A stretch of 64,000 nt of DNA from Tricharina praecox (Eukaryota). This document shows, in pieces, positions 34,994 through 48,327 of the stretch; positions within the stretch are counted from its first letter, which is position 1; the number at the start of each line of letters is the position of its first letter. The notes beneath the pieces are model-generated. The model did no database searches. It was not told the origin of the DNA and saw nothing but the letters and a program-made list of their open reading frames with translations. The translations under genes were made by a program, and so were the position numbers. The stretch is from NCBI RefSeq assembly GCF_024521635.1, contig NW_026250414.1, forward strand, positions 1-64,000, in the 5' to 3' direction.

Positions 34994-36879
34994 CTATTTC
35001 CCCCCAACTGTTGCTTTTTCGTCCCCCAAGGCCTGGGCGGTAGTAACGCGCTCGACCATCTCGAGCTCCGCCTCACCCGCCTCGAGCTGTTTCGTCTTCT
35101 CGTCAGTCCCAGCGTCTCCGGCGGCCTTGGCCAGCTCAAAGTGCGATCCCCTCTGCTCATTTCCGCAGGCAGTCCAGATGAGCAGGAGGACAAAAATGAC
35201 GCTCATCATAGCGGCCTGGGTGATGCCGTAGTTGGGCCTGTGCTCGCCGTCGACAACGATGACCAGGCTCTCGGAGATGGCGGAGGTAAGTTGCGCCGCC
35301 GGCGCGGAAATCATGTTGCCGAGCTGGTAGCAGATACCCGGGAATGACGAGCGGAATTGCGGTGGCGACAGCTCGTTCAGGTGGATTGGCACGACGCCCC
35401 AGGCTCCCTGCACCATGAATTGGATCAGGAACGCGCCGGCGGTGAGAGTGCCCCAGGAGGTCGGAAGGACCCAGAGCGGGATCAGAGCGGCACCGAAGGC
35501 GCACGCGACGATGATGGTGGCGCGGCGACCGAAGAATTGACTGTAATACCCGCAGAAGGTGCCGCCCACGACGGCGCCGGTCTTGGCAATCATGGTGGCT
35601 TTGGAGGACATTTGGCTCGAGAAGCCTTTGGTCTGTTGCATGTAGGTAGGGTACATGTCCTGACTTGTGTGCGACATCTGTAGGGGACAGGTTAGTCAGC
35701 TGAGGTATGATGTCGTCGGGCTGGGGGGGATGGTTACGTAGTTGAACAGCGCCATCAAGATGATGGCGTAGACCATCCGCTTCCAGTACTCCCTGAGGAT
35801 TTTCTTCGCGTCGGTCATGAACAAGCGGATCTTTACTTTCCCGGTGACCTCGCTGTTCTTCTTAGCATCGATGAACTGCTGAGACTCGGCAAAGAAGAGA
35901 CGCGCGACGGCCACGGCGGCGGTGAGTCCTGCTCCGAGCCAGTAAAGCATCTTGAAGCTGTGTTTCGACGCGGGAACGATGCTCATGTTGAAACCGGCCG
36001 CGATGAGGTAGCCGAGGGCGTATCCTTGCTGCAGGATTCCCGAGAACAGACCACGGGCTTCCATAGGCATGTCTAATGTGGCGTCAGTTACTGTGGCGTC
36101 CGTGATCGAAGAGCACTTGGTTCTCCTTACTCTCAAGTGCCATGGATGCGGACAGTCCCCAGATTCCGCCCATTCCGATACCGAAAAGCGCCCGCACACC
36201 AAGGAACGTCTCGAAAGTCTCGCAGTACGCGGTCGCCAGTTGCAGAACGGCGATAATGAGCAGATTGACGATCTAGCCCTCCCACGTCGGTAGTTAGCAC
36301 ATGGTGTCAAACGGTCCCGCAGACTGTGTTTCTACATACCATCGGCCATTTTCTGCCGTACAAATCTCCCGCAAGACCAAAGATGACTGCACCGACGGAA
36401 CGGAAGAGAAGCGTCAAGGTGATGGAAATACTGATGCTCTCCCGCTCTGTTTCGTGTGTCGTTCGTTAGAAAGGCTGGGGTCACACCATCGACAGCGGTG
36501 GAGACAAACCATGTTCGTAGTATGTCGCTAATTTCGATATGGAGAGCGATACGGAGTGGAAATCGTATCCTGTTTCGGTTAGCGAATATACCGCCGGAAC
36601 GGGGGAGCCTTTGAAACAAACCATCCATAGTCCAGGCCATCCATCCAACCATGAAATAAACATAGTCTATGATTATTAGCTCTGCGCGCTCAAAGGAATA
36701 CAGGAGGATCCGGAAGACGCACTCATCAAGGTAGGCCGGCGGATGGTCGTGAGCGGATTCTCCACCTTGACACGAGGCAACTTTCCGTAGACGGTTTCTC
36801 CATGCTCGTTGATGTAGTAACCCTGGCCGGTAGTGAAGATCTCCTTGAGATGGATACCGATTCTCTGGAGGCGACCCAT
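34994..36879 (-). CDS. JEN1: MFS carboxylic acid transporter, multi-exon
   Basis: GWMAWTMDG/YDFHSVSLS, MPMEARGLFSGILQQGYALGYLIAA, FN..SHTSQDMYPT, VQGAWGVVPIHLNELSPPQFRSSFPGICYQLGNMISAP: Jen1-family motifs. Confidence 0.88.
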
Positions 36880-39800
36880 GATTGGCGATGTCTCTGATCG
36901 GTAAATGCGGGGGTGGGTGAAGTAACAAGGGAAGTTGATGGAATGTCCGGACTCAAAGATGAGCGGACAGGGTGAACTTTAAGTAGTGATGCCGTGTGCG
37001 CGCCAGATATTAGGTGCCGAGGGCGAGGGCCTGCACCGAGTTGGAGACAATCGGATGGATGGAGGTTGTGTATGTCGGAAGGCGAGACAAGAAGCGCGTG
37101 AGCATCGTGTGCTTGCCTTGCCACCATTAGGCCTGTAGGTGCGGTTGGTTTCACCATACTGACCACCAGAAGAGTTGCAGCTGGATTCCTACCGGGTGCG
37201 GGGAAGAAGCGGAAGTACCGTGGATTGGCAAGTTGGAGTCGATAGCAGAGTGTCGATACCGAGTACACCACGTTTGGGTATAGTGCATAGTTCGTAACTG
37301 GACGTTGCGGAATCGGCCGTCGTTCTGACGATGTTTTTTTGCTTTTGCTTTTAGTTTCCGGCGCTACCCAGGCACCATCGACATGCGGCCGAAAGAGGAG
37401 GGCGGCGCTGCTGCGCATCGAGGGTTCTCCAGTGGCATCGAATTGTATGCCGAGATTTCAAGATGTTGCCGTAAGACGAGGACCAAAAAGCTGCTCACGC
37501 TGACACTTGCATCATGCGGAATGGGGAAGTTGGTACCATGCCGTCACGACTGCCCGCGTACGGGTCTCCACCAGAAGTCGGTCGTCCGGTTGTTCCCACG
37601 TTGGACCGTTGACTGATTAGTGTTCGTTTTGCACGGCAGGTGTGTGTAGAGAAGAGATGACAGCCGGTACGCGATAAAGTCGACATGTCGATTAGGGGGC
37701 TGGAAAGCAGACTTGAAAATAGAGTGCAATCGATATGCACGGTCCAGCGCCTATTCAGGATGTTTCTCCGGACACGGGTCGAGGCTACAGATGTACCCCG
37801 CCCCGGCATTCTCCATGAACCTAATCCTCCAGGCTCCAGATGTACCACCCCACCCCCGCCATGACATTCTCCATGTAATCCTCCAGGCTCCAGGTGATAC
37901 GCTGACGCACCAAGATATGTATGTAGTAGTCGGAACTCTGCCCGGTGCGCATCGATGGGTGCCATGGTTTGAATGCAGCTTCCCGAAGACGCCACAAGCA
38001 TGCCGATCGCTTTCCGTTCGTTCATCACAGCAACAGATGTGGATCTGGAGAGTTTTTGGGCAACCGTCTGTCTGACCGAATATCACAGTAATAGATGTGG
38101 AGCTGGAGGGTTGTGAGCGCCCGTCTGTCCGACCGAGTTATCGAGAAAGACAGGGAAGACCGCTTGATTTGCGTAGATGGGGGCACGGCTGATCCAGGGG
38201 GGGCGTCTTGCGCGATAAGTCGTTCGATGCGCGATAACTGTAATTGTCGAACCATGTGGGGATAAACTATTCGGCTGTGCATGATCAGCAGCTGGCACCG
38301 TGGAGAGTGGAGTATGTAGGTAGGTAGGTATCTAGGGTACATTGCGAGGATACAGGCGGGGATAATCCGTGAAACACCCAGGATCATGGGAGCGTGATCG
38401 ATAGCGTCGGTGAAAGTGGAGATGGAACCTAAGGTGTGCACTCTAGGCACATACGTAGCACCGTAGCAGCCTCGTTTCCGGAACAGTTCCGGGGCGGCTC
38501 TCCACGGCGGAATGTCTTTGAAAGGTAGGTCCCGGTATGCCGAAGCGTATTGTGGGGACGTGAAGAAGCAGAATTCGGTACCGATACATGTTGTCGGTGA
38601 GGCCGCGAGACTCGACGTCGCGTGCCAAGTTTGAAGGCGTAAACAAGCATTGCCCAGCCCCGCCCGGCTATGCCGATGGTGTGTAACGGTGCGAGACGAT
38701 AACTACCGTAGTCACCAGTAGAGCCTCGTCGCCTTGGCATACATACGCCTCGGAAGGCGCTTCGGCGTGTGATTGGTGGGGTACTGCTCGGAGACTCGGT
38801 TAGTCCTGCGGAAACATGGAGGAAGGTGGTTCTGCTGTCGGCGCCATTCCGGGCTGCGCTCTTGTCTTCCCGACCGTCACGATCACGACTTCCTCATCGG
38901 CCATTCTCCAAGGCGCCAGAGCAGAGCTAGTTAGTGAGACTAACTAACAAGAAAGCTTCGCGGAAGAGGCGTCGGGGCGTCAGGGATCCTGCGGTCGGCG
39001 CAATGCTCGCGGCCAACAGGCTTTTCCGACGAGCTTTCCGGCCGTAAAAACCGAACCTCCGAAGTACTTGCCGTCGCGCCTTGCTATGTATCTGTGCAAG
39101 CTCGATACATACCGGTACGTAGCAATCGCGAACGCCCCTGCCCACGAGCCGATAACTGACCGTATGTATATCGCGCAAGCATCACGCCCCGAGTCCCTCC
39201 GACGCACCTGCGCCAAGTGACGGATTCGCGCTGGGTGGGTGAGCGACGCCTCCGGCCAGTTCCCCGCATCTCCCCACTGCGTCAGCAGAGCGCCGTCGCA
39301 CACTCCGCCCTAGTGTATTCGCCTATCAACGGGACCGTTAGCGATGCATATACTCTATTCGCACCCTGCTTATGCGTGCAGTGGGCGGAACAGCCGTGTG
39401 CTTACATATTTGGTATGCGGACCTCCGTGGCGGGGCCGGCAAAGCATTGTGGATCGGCGCAGGCCAAGAGTCCAAGACCACGGCCGTGGAGTGCGGAGAG
39501 GATCCGCGGCAGTAGTGGCGTTCCCCTCGGTCTTCACCGACCCGAGTGCTCGATGCCCCGACGCGAGTGATCCACCGTGTGTTGCTTGCCATTTCTGAAT
39601 CAGTCAGGCTCTCCTAGAATCGTTTCTCAGGTGCAAATCTAAGTGAAGTGATTGGTCCCGCATGCCAGCAGAGAGGCCGGTCTATCCCCGGATTCTGCGG
39701 CCAAGAAGTGGAAGTTGCTGCCCTCGCATTGGCTTGGAATTGATCGTCCTGTCTCCTAACTCGACACCGTTATACTTCAGCCCCACAGCACATGGTTCGC

Positions 39801-40070
39801 ATAAATCACTCGCCTGGCGCATTTGACAGCTTCCCCATACCGCTAGCCGAATAGGCATCATGTAGAATCCCGACTGCTGCTGCGGAAGATGCCATCGGCA
39901 CCTGCGAGAACATTGGCATCGTTGAGTGAGTGACACGTCGCTAGGGCTGAAAATTTGCGGAGAAAGTCGGGAGAGAGAATTCGGCATGTACTCGCTGTCT
40001 CAAAGCATTTGTTAGATCGTCGGAAGTCCGGAATCTGCCACAGTTGGACGTCTGGAATGTGCCGAAGACG

Positions 40071-40165
40071 ACGGCAGCAACGCCGACAGACGGCAGCAAC
40101 GCCGACAGACGGCAGCAACGCCGACAGACGGCAGCAACGCCGACAGACGGCAGGAATGCTGACAG
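40071..40165. repeat. 19-bp minisatellite ACGGCAGCAACGCCGACAG x4 plus one degenerate unit
   Basis: Read directly from the sequence. Confidence 0.9.
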
Positions 40166-40948
40166 ACGATGTATCAGCGCGGGTCGTCATCGGCCAGCCT
40201 CGTATTCGGCACATCACATATCAACGGCATGCTATCGTGACGAATGGGATTGAGAGCTTCTCTACAATAAATATACCGACATATACCGTATCATCTCGGA
40301 AAACAGTCCGCTTCTTGAGGATGATTAGCGACGTTACACGCAGGCTTCGGGAGGCTTGACGCCACTGAAATCAAGGTTTGCTTTTTCTATTGCTGCGGGA
40401 AAGAAGACCTCTATGTATCCCTTCTGGATAGTAACCATCACCTCCATTACCGACTCTTTCTATACCCGGTTCCACCCGCACTGCCTGTGTGCGGACTACA
40501 GCACATCCGGGCCTCGTATTTGAGGGTTGCTGCTGACAAGAAGTGGGCTGCTGTTTCGCTACATACCGAGGGAGCGCGGAGGCAGAGGGCTTGGGACCGT
40601 TGGCGGGCGCCGGAGTGAGAAGACCTTATCAAGACCTGGTGAGACCTGATCCAGATCGCTGCGGTCATCCAAACGTTTACCTGTCTCTGTTATCACTACT
40701 TCTGTTTTCCTGTCGTTGTTCTCAGTTCATCATCCGTCTTCACTATTTCTCTCTTCATCAGTCTTCATCAGTTCATCAGTTCAGCAGTTCAGCAGTTCAT
40801 CACCTTGTATCAGTATCGATATTTTACGTTTTCTGTGAAGTATTCTGTTCCACTGCTCTTTTCTAAATTGATCAATTCCTCTTCTCTATAACCAGGGCCC
40901 TCAATACCCAGCTGCGATGCTAGCTAGACCCATACCTCGTCCGTGCGG

Positions 40949-41035
40949 GCCTCAAGCCACTCCCGCGTTAGCCTCAAGCCACTCCCGCGCTAGCCTCCTC
41001 ACGCCACTCCCGCGCCAGCCTCAAGCCACTCCCGC
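40949..41035. repeat. Minisatellite of about 22 bp, GCCTCAAGCCACTCCCGCG(T/C)(T/C)A x4
   Basis: Read directly from the sequence. Confidence 0.85.
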
Positions 41036-41839
41036 CGGTACCAAGCGTAAGGAGGACTGGCCATGTATGAGAATACATATCTAGGCTTAGCGGGGGGGCG
41101 AGGGGATATTTGTTTTCACTGTCGCTACACTTGGTACTAATCCCATGGTATCTCTGTGCACCTTGAAAGGATCCGCTGCCAGAGGTGATGAAAAGCGGTG
41201 GATAGTATGTTGCATTGTCTAACGTCTAACGGGCAGAACGGTAATGAGGCTGGAGAGATTGTACGAGAGATGCATAAGGAACCTCAGTGTGTCGAGGAAG
41301 GGGCCGTGCGCCGCATACGGCTATGTAAGCAACAGCGGGTGATGCAAACAACAAGATCGTCGATATTCTCATTCCCGTGATTCTCACTGCTATCCACGAT
41401 CTTGGGGATACGGCGATGCGGGGTGTGCATGGCATGGCCGACAACGTAAAGTGCTGGCTCCCGAAACCAACTCCTACCTATCCCTCGTGGAACCCTCCCA
41501 CCGTGCGAAACCAACACCGTAACCGCGTATGGATGTGCCAACGAGCAGTCGAAATCCTCGGTTTTGTAATTTCATTCGTGAGTATAGCTATTCGGGTAGC
41601 TACTACTGTGCGTATGTGCTGTATCGTGAGTGCGTGAGATGTTGGAAGCGAGATGACTCGGGGACTGTCGTGATTATTGCATGGGTGAGGCTCTGTCTGC
41701 CCTACGTAAAAGGCTCACGACAAATGCGGCGAGTCACGAAAGAACGAAATGTAAAGCGCCAGTAGTTTTTTATTTTCCCACCGTCACTCCTCCACCCCTT
41801 TTATTGCCGCCATCCTGCCAGCTTTTCATCCCCGACCAT

Positions 41840-42376
41840 CTAATAAACGATTACCGTGAGCGCCGTCATTCCGCCAGGAAACTCAAACTTGCCGCCAGCA
41901 CGTCCAATCTGGTCGTTACCGCACTCGAAGCGGATCTTCCAGGCCGCCCAGTGGATCCACTTGCAGCTCATGTCGAGCAAGTGCATGCCGCAGATGCCGA
42001 CCTGGCCTCCCTTGTACTTGCCGAGCGTCGAGCACTTAGACCCCGCGGAGTTCTTCTGCACGCACTTGGCGGCCGCCGAGTTGGACACACGCGCAATCGC
42101 TTGGCCGATCTCGAAGTACGTCGGCGACGCGTGAGACGTCTCGCAAGTCAGATGGCCGTCCTCCGGAACCATGTTGTCGGGCGACTCCAGCGTGTTGTTG
42201 GTGGGCGGGAGCATGGTCGGCATCGCCGGGTGCGAGCTGGCCTTGAAGAGGAACTCGGGCTCGAGCTCGGCGAGCGAGGTGGTGCCAGTCGAGCTGTGGT
42301 CCGCAGCTGGGGCTCCGTAGACGAGTCCGACGGTTGCGACCATCGCGATAAGCTGGAAAATGTTGGAGACGCGCAT
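41840..42376 (-). CDS. Small secreted cysteine-rich protein, Ecp2/KP4-like effector fold suspected
   Basis: Signal peptide MRVSNIFQLIAMVATVGLVYG, pro-region, six Cys in the pattern CETS..SP..C..N..GSKC..L..G..ICG..C..I..C..RAGG. The upstream part of the listed ORF is a 5' CCT/CCA repeat. Confidence 0.75.
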   Translation of the reverse strand: MRVSNIFQLIAMVATVGLVYGAPAADHSSTGTTSLAELEPEFLFKASSHPAMPTMLPPTNNTLESPDNMVPEDGHLTCETSHASPTYFEIGQAIARVSNSAAAKCVQKNSAGSKCSTLGKYKGGQVGICGMHLLDMSCKWIHWAAWKIRFECGNDQIGRAGGKFEFPGGMTALTVIVY

Positions 42377-43352
42377 AATGTTGTATGGATATAAGTCGGT
42401 TGGAAGTAAGTCGGGTGGAGGAGGAAGTTGGGTGGAGGAGGAGGTTGGGTGGAGGAGGAAGTTGGGTGGAGGAGGTTGGGTGGAGGAGGAGGTTGGGTGG
42501 GGGATAAGATTTTGTTCGAGTCCGTGGGGTGGAGGTGAAAGGGAAGCAAAAGGAAGTAGCGGAGCGAGGGGTTTTGAGGGCAAACTGAAGCCTTTTGCTG
42601 CTCTGGTTAGTGTGGAAATGTGATATCGAGTGAGCGACAGTGAACCCCTGGTTTTCATTCTATGTACCCCGCTAATAAAGAAAGCAGTTAACACAAACAA
42701 ACCCTCATATGTTTAGTCACTCTTCTTACTATTTGTTCAACCGTTGTCACCTGGAAAAGTTCTAGGTCATTCGTTGTTAGTACAACACTTCCAGAGAGTG
42801 AAACTACTCCTGCGACGGCACTGTTTTTGTTGGCATTCTCCAAGCTATGTGCATGGCGAGTTTGTAATTGACGGCTGTTTAGATGGCTGACACAGAGCAA
42901 AGTAGGAGTTTGACGATACAAACCAATCCCGACATATGTCAGATCACTGCGCGATCACTCGACACGGATTTGATGGTCAACGTTCGTCCAACCAGCACTC
43001 GACGCCAGTCAAGCTACACACATCTAGGTCAGCATCAAGCATGATTTCGATGCCGACTGATCATGTTCAACTTGCAATATTCTCAATGTGTCTGCACACA
43101 TGTCACATTGCAACATTTCTACCACCGCCCGGAGGTGGCCAAACACTATACGTCACTCGTCCACGGGATTGGTGCCCTCAAATTGTGGATGAGATCCAGC
43201 ATAAGTAGCATATAAACGCAGCTTTCTTTGCGTCAAGAACCTCCAAACCAAGATCTTCTCCATTGGTGATCCAATGGCTACATAACTGATCATACTATAG
43301 ATATCAACGACATGAATGCGCCCCCACCCCTCTCCCGCACCCCCGCGCGCGC

Positions 43353-43943
43353 TCACAACACCCCCTCCAACGGATCCGCCCTAAGCATCGCCCTCTTCCT
43401 GGTCCACACCGTCTTCCCATGCGCTAGCACTAGACCTCTACGCTCATACGCGCGCCTCACGCGCTTATGTCTGTTGCGCAGACCCGGCGTAGCGAGCATG
43501 ACAAACACTCGCGGGTTTATCACGAGGTCGACGTATATAAGCACCGCGGCGGGACTGCAGGTGCCCACGTGCGCCCACGCGACGTAGTGCGGGAAGTCCC
43601 TGTGCCGGTCGTCGGGGATGGGCTGGTTAGACGAGTGGTGGGGCATGCGGCTGCGAGAGATGGAAGTTAGTGATCGCGGGACGGGACTGGTAGTGGAATG
43701 GAATAGAAGGAAGGGAAAGGGGACAAACATCACCACAAGCCGCTGGACGACGGTGCCAAGGTACCGGTTGAGCTTGTCGATGGCACTCCGCAGAATGTTC
43801 CCGCCGGGATTGGTGGCGGTTCGGCTCCTCCGCGTGTATTTAAGGTCCTTCCTCCGCGCGCCGGTGGAGAAGGTGATCTTTGCTGGCTCGGGACACGCGC
43901 CGGTGGAGGAGGTAGGATCCGGGATTGGATGGGGATGGGACAT
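43353..43943 (-). CDS. Hypothetical basic protein, probable in-frame 78-nt intron
   Basis: ATG ORF with upstream TATA-like sequence; GTTTGT..ACTAAC..CAG intron. Confidence 0.45.
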   Translation of the reverse strand: MSHPHPIPDPTSSTGACPEPAKITFSTGARRKDLKYTRRSRTATNPGGNILRSAIDKLNRYLGTVVQRLVVMFVPFPFLLFHSTTSPVPRSLTSISRSRMPHHSSNQPIPDDRHRDFPHYVAWAHVGTCSPAAVLIYVDLVINPRVFVMLATPGLRNRHKRVRRAYERRGLVLAHGKTVWTRKRAMLRADPLEGVL

Positions 43944-45094
43944 CGTGCTGCAGTGTGGAAGGTGGAAACTGCGGAGGAGCGGTGGGGACGGATGGCTGAG
44001 ACTTTCTTATCTATTATACCGGGCTGGCCGCTGGCGAACTACAAAAGGGCAGTGGACTGTGGAATGTGCAGGAGATGGATTATTGTTCCGAGATGCTGGC
44101 TCTGCAGAAGCTGTTAGGAACGATCGTGAAGGAGCTGGCTTTCGGTGGAGACTTATATGCTTAATTTCACAGCCCGGCGACGCCTCAGGTAGAAGTGAAG
44201 ACGAATGATGAATCATTGAAGGCTCGGGACAGGTGAAAACGCATGGGCGGATACGCATTATCGTGGTTCGTGAAGCAGATTGGAAGACGAGCTGGCTGCA
44301 TCCAGTCTCTGGAAGTCCGGCCTGGTTTTGAGGGTGACATTATGTGAAACAGTCTTCAAGCTGAACGCTCGTCTTGAGCCGGACTACAATCAGGCCTTTG
44401 CGCTGGCCAACATGACTCAGTGGCTGAGCGCCACATCAAGTGAAACCTTATGTACCTTGAGGTTGAATACTCTGTCTTCACGCAGATTTGTAGCAGATAT
44501 CTGCACGGACCGACATGGCGATATCGCAGATGCGGCATTGTTTTAGCGAAGTTGCAGGGGTTACGTTCGGCAAGATGTTGCGGTGTTGTGTGAGTTCGGA
44601 AAATGCTAGCTCCGCCGGTGTTTAGCAACCACAAGGACGAACAGGTGACGACCTGGGCCCGAAGTTGATCAGCATGAATGAGTCCGCACTTCAACACATC
44701 ACCGCTGACATTAATGCTAAAACTCTTGAAGCGAGGGTATCATAGCAGCACGCATTGTCAGGTGCAAGGACGTTAAAAACAGTCTATGAGTGATATTTCG
44801 TGACATTTCTACCATCTGGATCATATGTAGCAGTATCCATTGCCAAGCGGGGCTAGTGGTTGACGACGGTCGAACACGTAGCTAGTGGCAGTACTGCGGC
44901 TAGAGATGTCGCCAATGCTGTAGCTGGTCCTTTTCACCGACTAATGGGTTATCACAATCGGATTCTGAATCCAAGCTGTTGTGAGATCGTCACTGCCCAT
45001 GGCTCCTTGGTTCTCAGGCGGCTCGTCACAGGGGATCACTCTACTCGCGAGTGACATCGCATGCCTGGACAGAAGCCACAAACCTCAAGAGAAG

Positions 45095-46186
45095 TCAACA
45101 GAAAGCCTTGTGGGCGAAGGTCGGGAAGGAGACGGAGAGAAGAAAGAGAGGTGGTCGATAGCGGAGTTGTTCGCCGACGAGCGGTGCAGCGAGGCAATCC
45201 TAAAGTTTCAGGGAACGACGGATGTGGGAAGGAAAGCTCCACCAGACCTGGAGGAGGAGGGTGAGGAGGAGGCAACTTGCAAGCATCGCATCGGAAGCAG
45301 AGCAAGAGTTCCCAGCAAGATACTGTGTCTGCGGCTGACCAGAGTAGGCAGGGAAGGAGTGCGACGGTTCGCCATAGTCAAGATAGGCTGCATGCGAAAT
45401 AAAACAGGAAGATCTCTCTCTCTCTCTCTCCACAAGCCTTAAACAGACCCCAGATCCGAGGGCACTGAAGCACAGAGGCCGAGGGGCCCTCCAGGCAACA
45501 TTAAAAATAAAAAAATAAGTAAAAATTCAAGACAAATTCAAGAAAGGTAGAGAGCGGTCGAACGAGAAAGGAACTCCTGTGGAAATGGCGGAGGTCCAGT
45601 CAACCTCGCTAGACCGATGCGGTGACGTTAGCACAATCGACCGACACAACACCACCCAAACGAACAGGAACGATCAAAACAAAGCAAAAGTGTGCAGGCA
45701 AAACAAGCAATGCTCAACAGAGTCGCACCCGGGTCCACACTGCAAAAAGTCCGTCCAAAGTTCGCAGCCAAGGATCGAAAACCGTCGACAAGACGTCAGT
45801 TCCAGCTGCGTCCCACAGCACCTTTTCAAAAATTTCCCCAAATGGAAAAGTCAGAAAAAGATATTATGGTCAGACGCCTGACAGAAGGCAATGAGGGGCA
45901 AAGACCGCTTCAAAATCCGTGGGAGGCGAGAGGAGGAGGAGGCGAGAGGAGGAGGAGGCGAGAGGAGGAGGAGGTGAGAGGAGGAGGAGGATGATGAGGT
46001 CGAGGAGCCGGGGTCACACCCGCTGTTGCTTCCCACACTTTCTTTCATGGAATCTCCTGTTGTAGAGGCAGGTGGCGAGGCGGGGCGAGAAGGGAACTTT
46101 TCTTTCGTAGCTTTATTTCTTTGGCGAGCTCATCAGAGCTCATGTAGGTCGCATGCAATTAATGAATAAACAAAAAAAAAAAAAAC
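45095..46186 (+). mobile_element. LINE-A fragment, spacer and LINE-B fragment, colinear with 1760-2929
   Basis: LFADERCSEAILKFQGTTDVGRKAPPD, (CT)n tail at about 45414-45431, the same post-tail spacer, QHLFKNFPKWKSQK and an A tail. Confidence 0.75.
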
Positions 46187-47237
46187 AACCCTCACCTCTC
46201 AACGGCGATTCAGTTCCAAGCACCTCGTGAGGCTTCGCTTCTCTTCTCTTCCCTCAAGTCCTCGCTTTCTCTCTCCCTCCCTTCTCTCTCTCTTCCCTCC
46301 CCTCCCTTCTATTTAAGAACGCTTCCCTCTCCCCTTCTTCTTCCCTCCCTTCTTCCTCCATTCCCTTCCTCCCACATTATCAACCACACAGTCAATCCAT
46401 CTCTTTCATCTCACGATCCACCAAACTCGCAAACACAAACCATCGAACGACAAAAACCATGGGGGCTACAATTAGCACCCCACCTGCCCCCTCCCTGCCT
46501 TCTTCCTCCCCCTTCTTCCTCCATCTCCTTCCTCCTACACCATCAATCACATCATTCACTCACCACTACACCCACCGCCACACCCACCGCTACAGAGTTT
46601 TAATTAAAAACAAACGAGACACAGTTTACCATCAACGAAGCTGCAACTCAAAACAACTGAACACCGGCAACAATGGGTTTGACAATTAACCCCCCACCTC
46701 CACCCTTTGAATGAGATTCCCGAGGAGGAAATTCCCGCCGAGGAGGCCGCCTACGCGGACTACCTCCAGATTGTGGCCTTAACGGCCTTGTATCTCCTCG
46801 CAATCTCCGAGGAGAAGGACGGAGCCGCCGCTGAAGCCGACGCCGCCGACGAGCAGCAGATGGAGATCGACGAAGAGGACACTGAGGGGGACGAGATAGA
46901 CATTGACGAGGACGAAGATGAGGGATATTAGAAAGGCAGAGAGGAGGGTTTAGATGAGGAGGAGCTTTAAGGCTCAGGGTGCTGGGTTTCTTTTCTTTTT
47001 CAGTTTTATCGCGAATATATTTTTCTTTTCTTTTCCAGTTTTATCGCGAATATGTAACTGCATCCCCAAATTCCAATGACTTTGCATCATTTCGAGCTCG
47101 TCGCGACGCATCTCAGCCCCAGGTAGGTACCAGATTCCTACGAGTAGTACCTAGCACGTACCATACAGTGCTGGTTCCCCATTACATACCTACTGTACGG
47201 GGATAAGAAGTCGCGGAAACTTCAAACGGGTGTGAGG
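46187..47237 (+). pseudogene. Acidic-ORF module, copy 2
   Basis: NSKQLNTGNNGFDN* then NEIPEEE..YADYLQIVALTALYLLA..MEIDEED..DEDEDEGY. It has a stop at 46687 (CAA in copy 3) and a frameshift. Confidence 0.65.
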
Positions 47238-47403
47238 CTGAATCGCTTGAGATCGAAGATTTACGGAAGTTCGCGATAGTCTAGTCTAGCTGCTTTGCGG
47301 AAGTGTTTGATCAGATTCCGGCCGAGTGGTACTAGGGACGAAGTATCGGCATACATGGCGGTGGAGGTGCAGGCAGGCCCATGGGTCCGCCAGCCACGCC
47401 GGC

Positions 47404-47852
47404 GAGAGAGAGAGATCTTCCTGTTTTATTTCGAATGCAGCCTATCTAGACTATGGCGAACCCACGGAATCCGTTTCCTGCCCGCCCTGGCCAGTCGAGG
47501 CGAAAGCTCCGGTACCGACCAGTCCGATGCGGCGCCCACTTCCCCTACCCCTCCACCTCGGGCCGACACAAGCAAAACTCAGAATGTAGATTGACAGTAA
47601 GGACCGGTATGGGCCTACATGCCCACTCCTCATGCTGCCCCTCGCCTCTCTCCCCCGTCTTCCGCTTCCGCTCCACAACCTATCACGGCGTATCGTCCTC
47701 CCCGACTTCCTCGCAGCGACCGCAGACACAGTACTCTGCCTGCTGGGCACTCTTGCTCTGCCCCCGATGCGATGCTCTCCTTCTCTTCCTCCTCCTTTTC
47801 CTCCTAGGCTCCTCCTCCAGGTCTGCTGCTGCTTTCCTCCCCACATCCGTCG
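47404..47852 (-). mobile_element. LINE subfamily A 3' fragment with (CT)n tail
   Basis: TTDVGRKAAADLEEE; 3' UTR shared with 4.5 and 12.1 kb. Confidence 0.75.
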
Positions 47853-48327
47853 TTAGCAAAAGATCATTGCGGTGGTAAGGTTTAGCGAAGCACACCGACC
47901 AGCCGCTAAACCGGAAGACCACCGGTAGAGTCGACGGGAATGGTGTGAGATGTGTGAGATGGGTAGATGATCTGGAGACTGGAGACGAGCGGAATAATGG
48001 AGGCGGAATAGGTTGTGTATGGATGTATCATGGCAATAGCTTCGACTCATTTTCATCATAAACTCCTAATAAACAGGCTCCTTCACCGGCAGCTCGTGCG
48101 GCAGAGCTAATTTCAAAACTGAAAGTGTGGCGGTGTAAACATTTTACGAAAAACATCACATACGATAACGGTACTCGCTAGAGAGGTTTGAGTTCGGAAA
48201 GCAGAAGACAGCACCGATACGGAGGCGCAATTCTTGGTGAAGTCAATTGTGCAGTCAATTGTACCCAGTAAATCACGAGCTCAACGAAAATCACCGCAAC
48301 CCTCCGATGCTCCACTTCCCACACGCA

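Noticed and set aside
40071-40165. CRISPR-like or coding repeat
   Set aside because: Head-to-tail 19-bp units with no spacers; the unit length is not a multiple of three.
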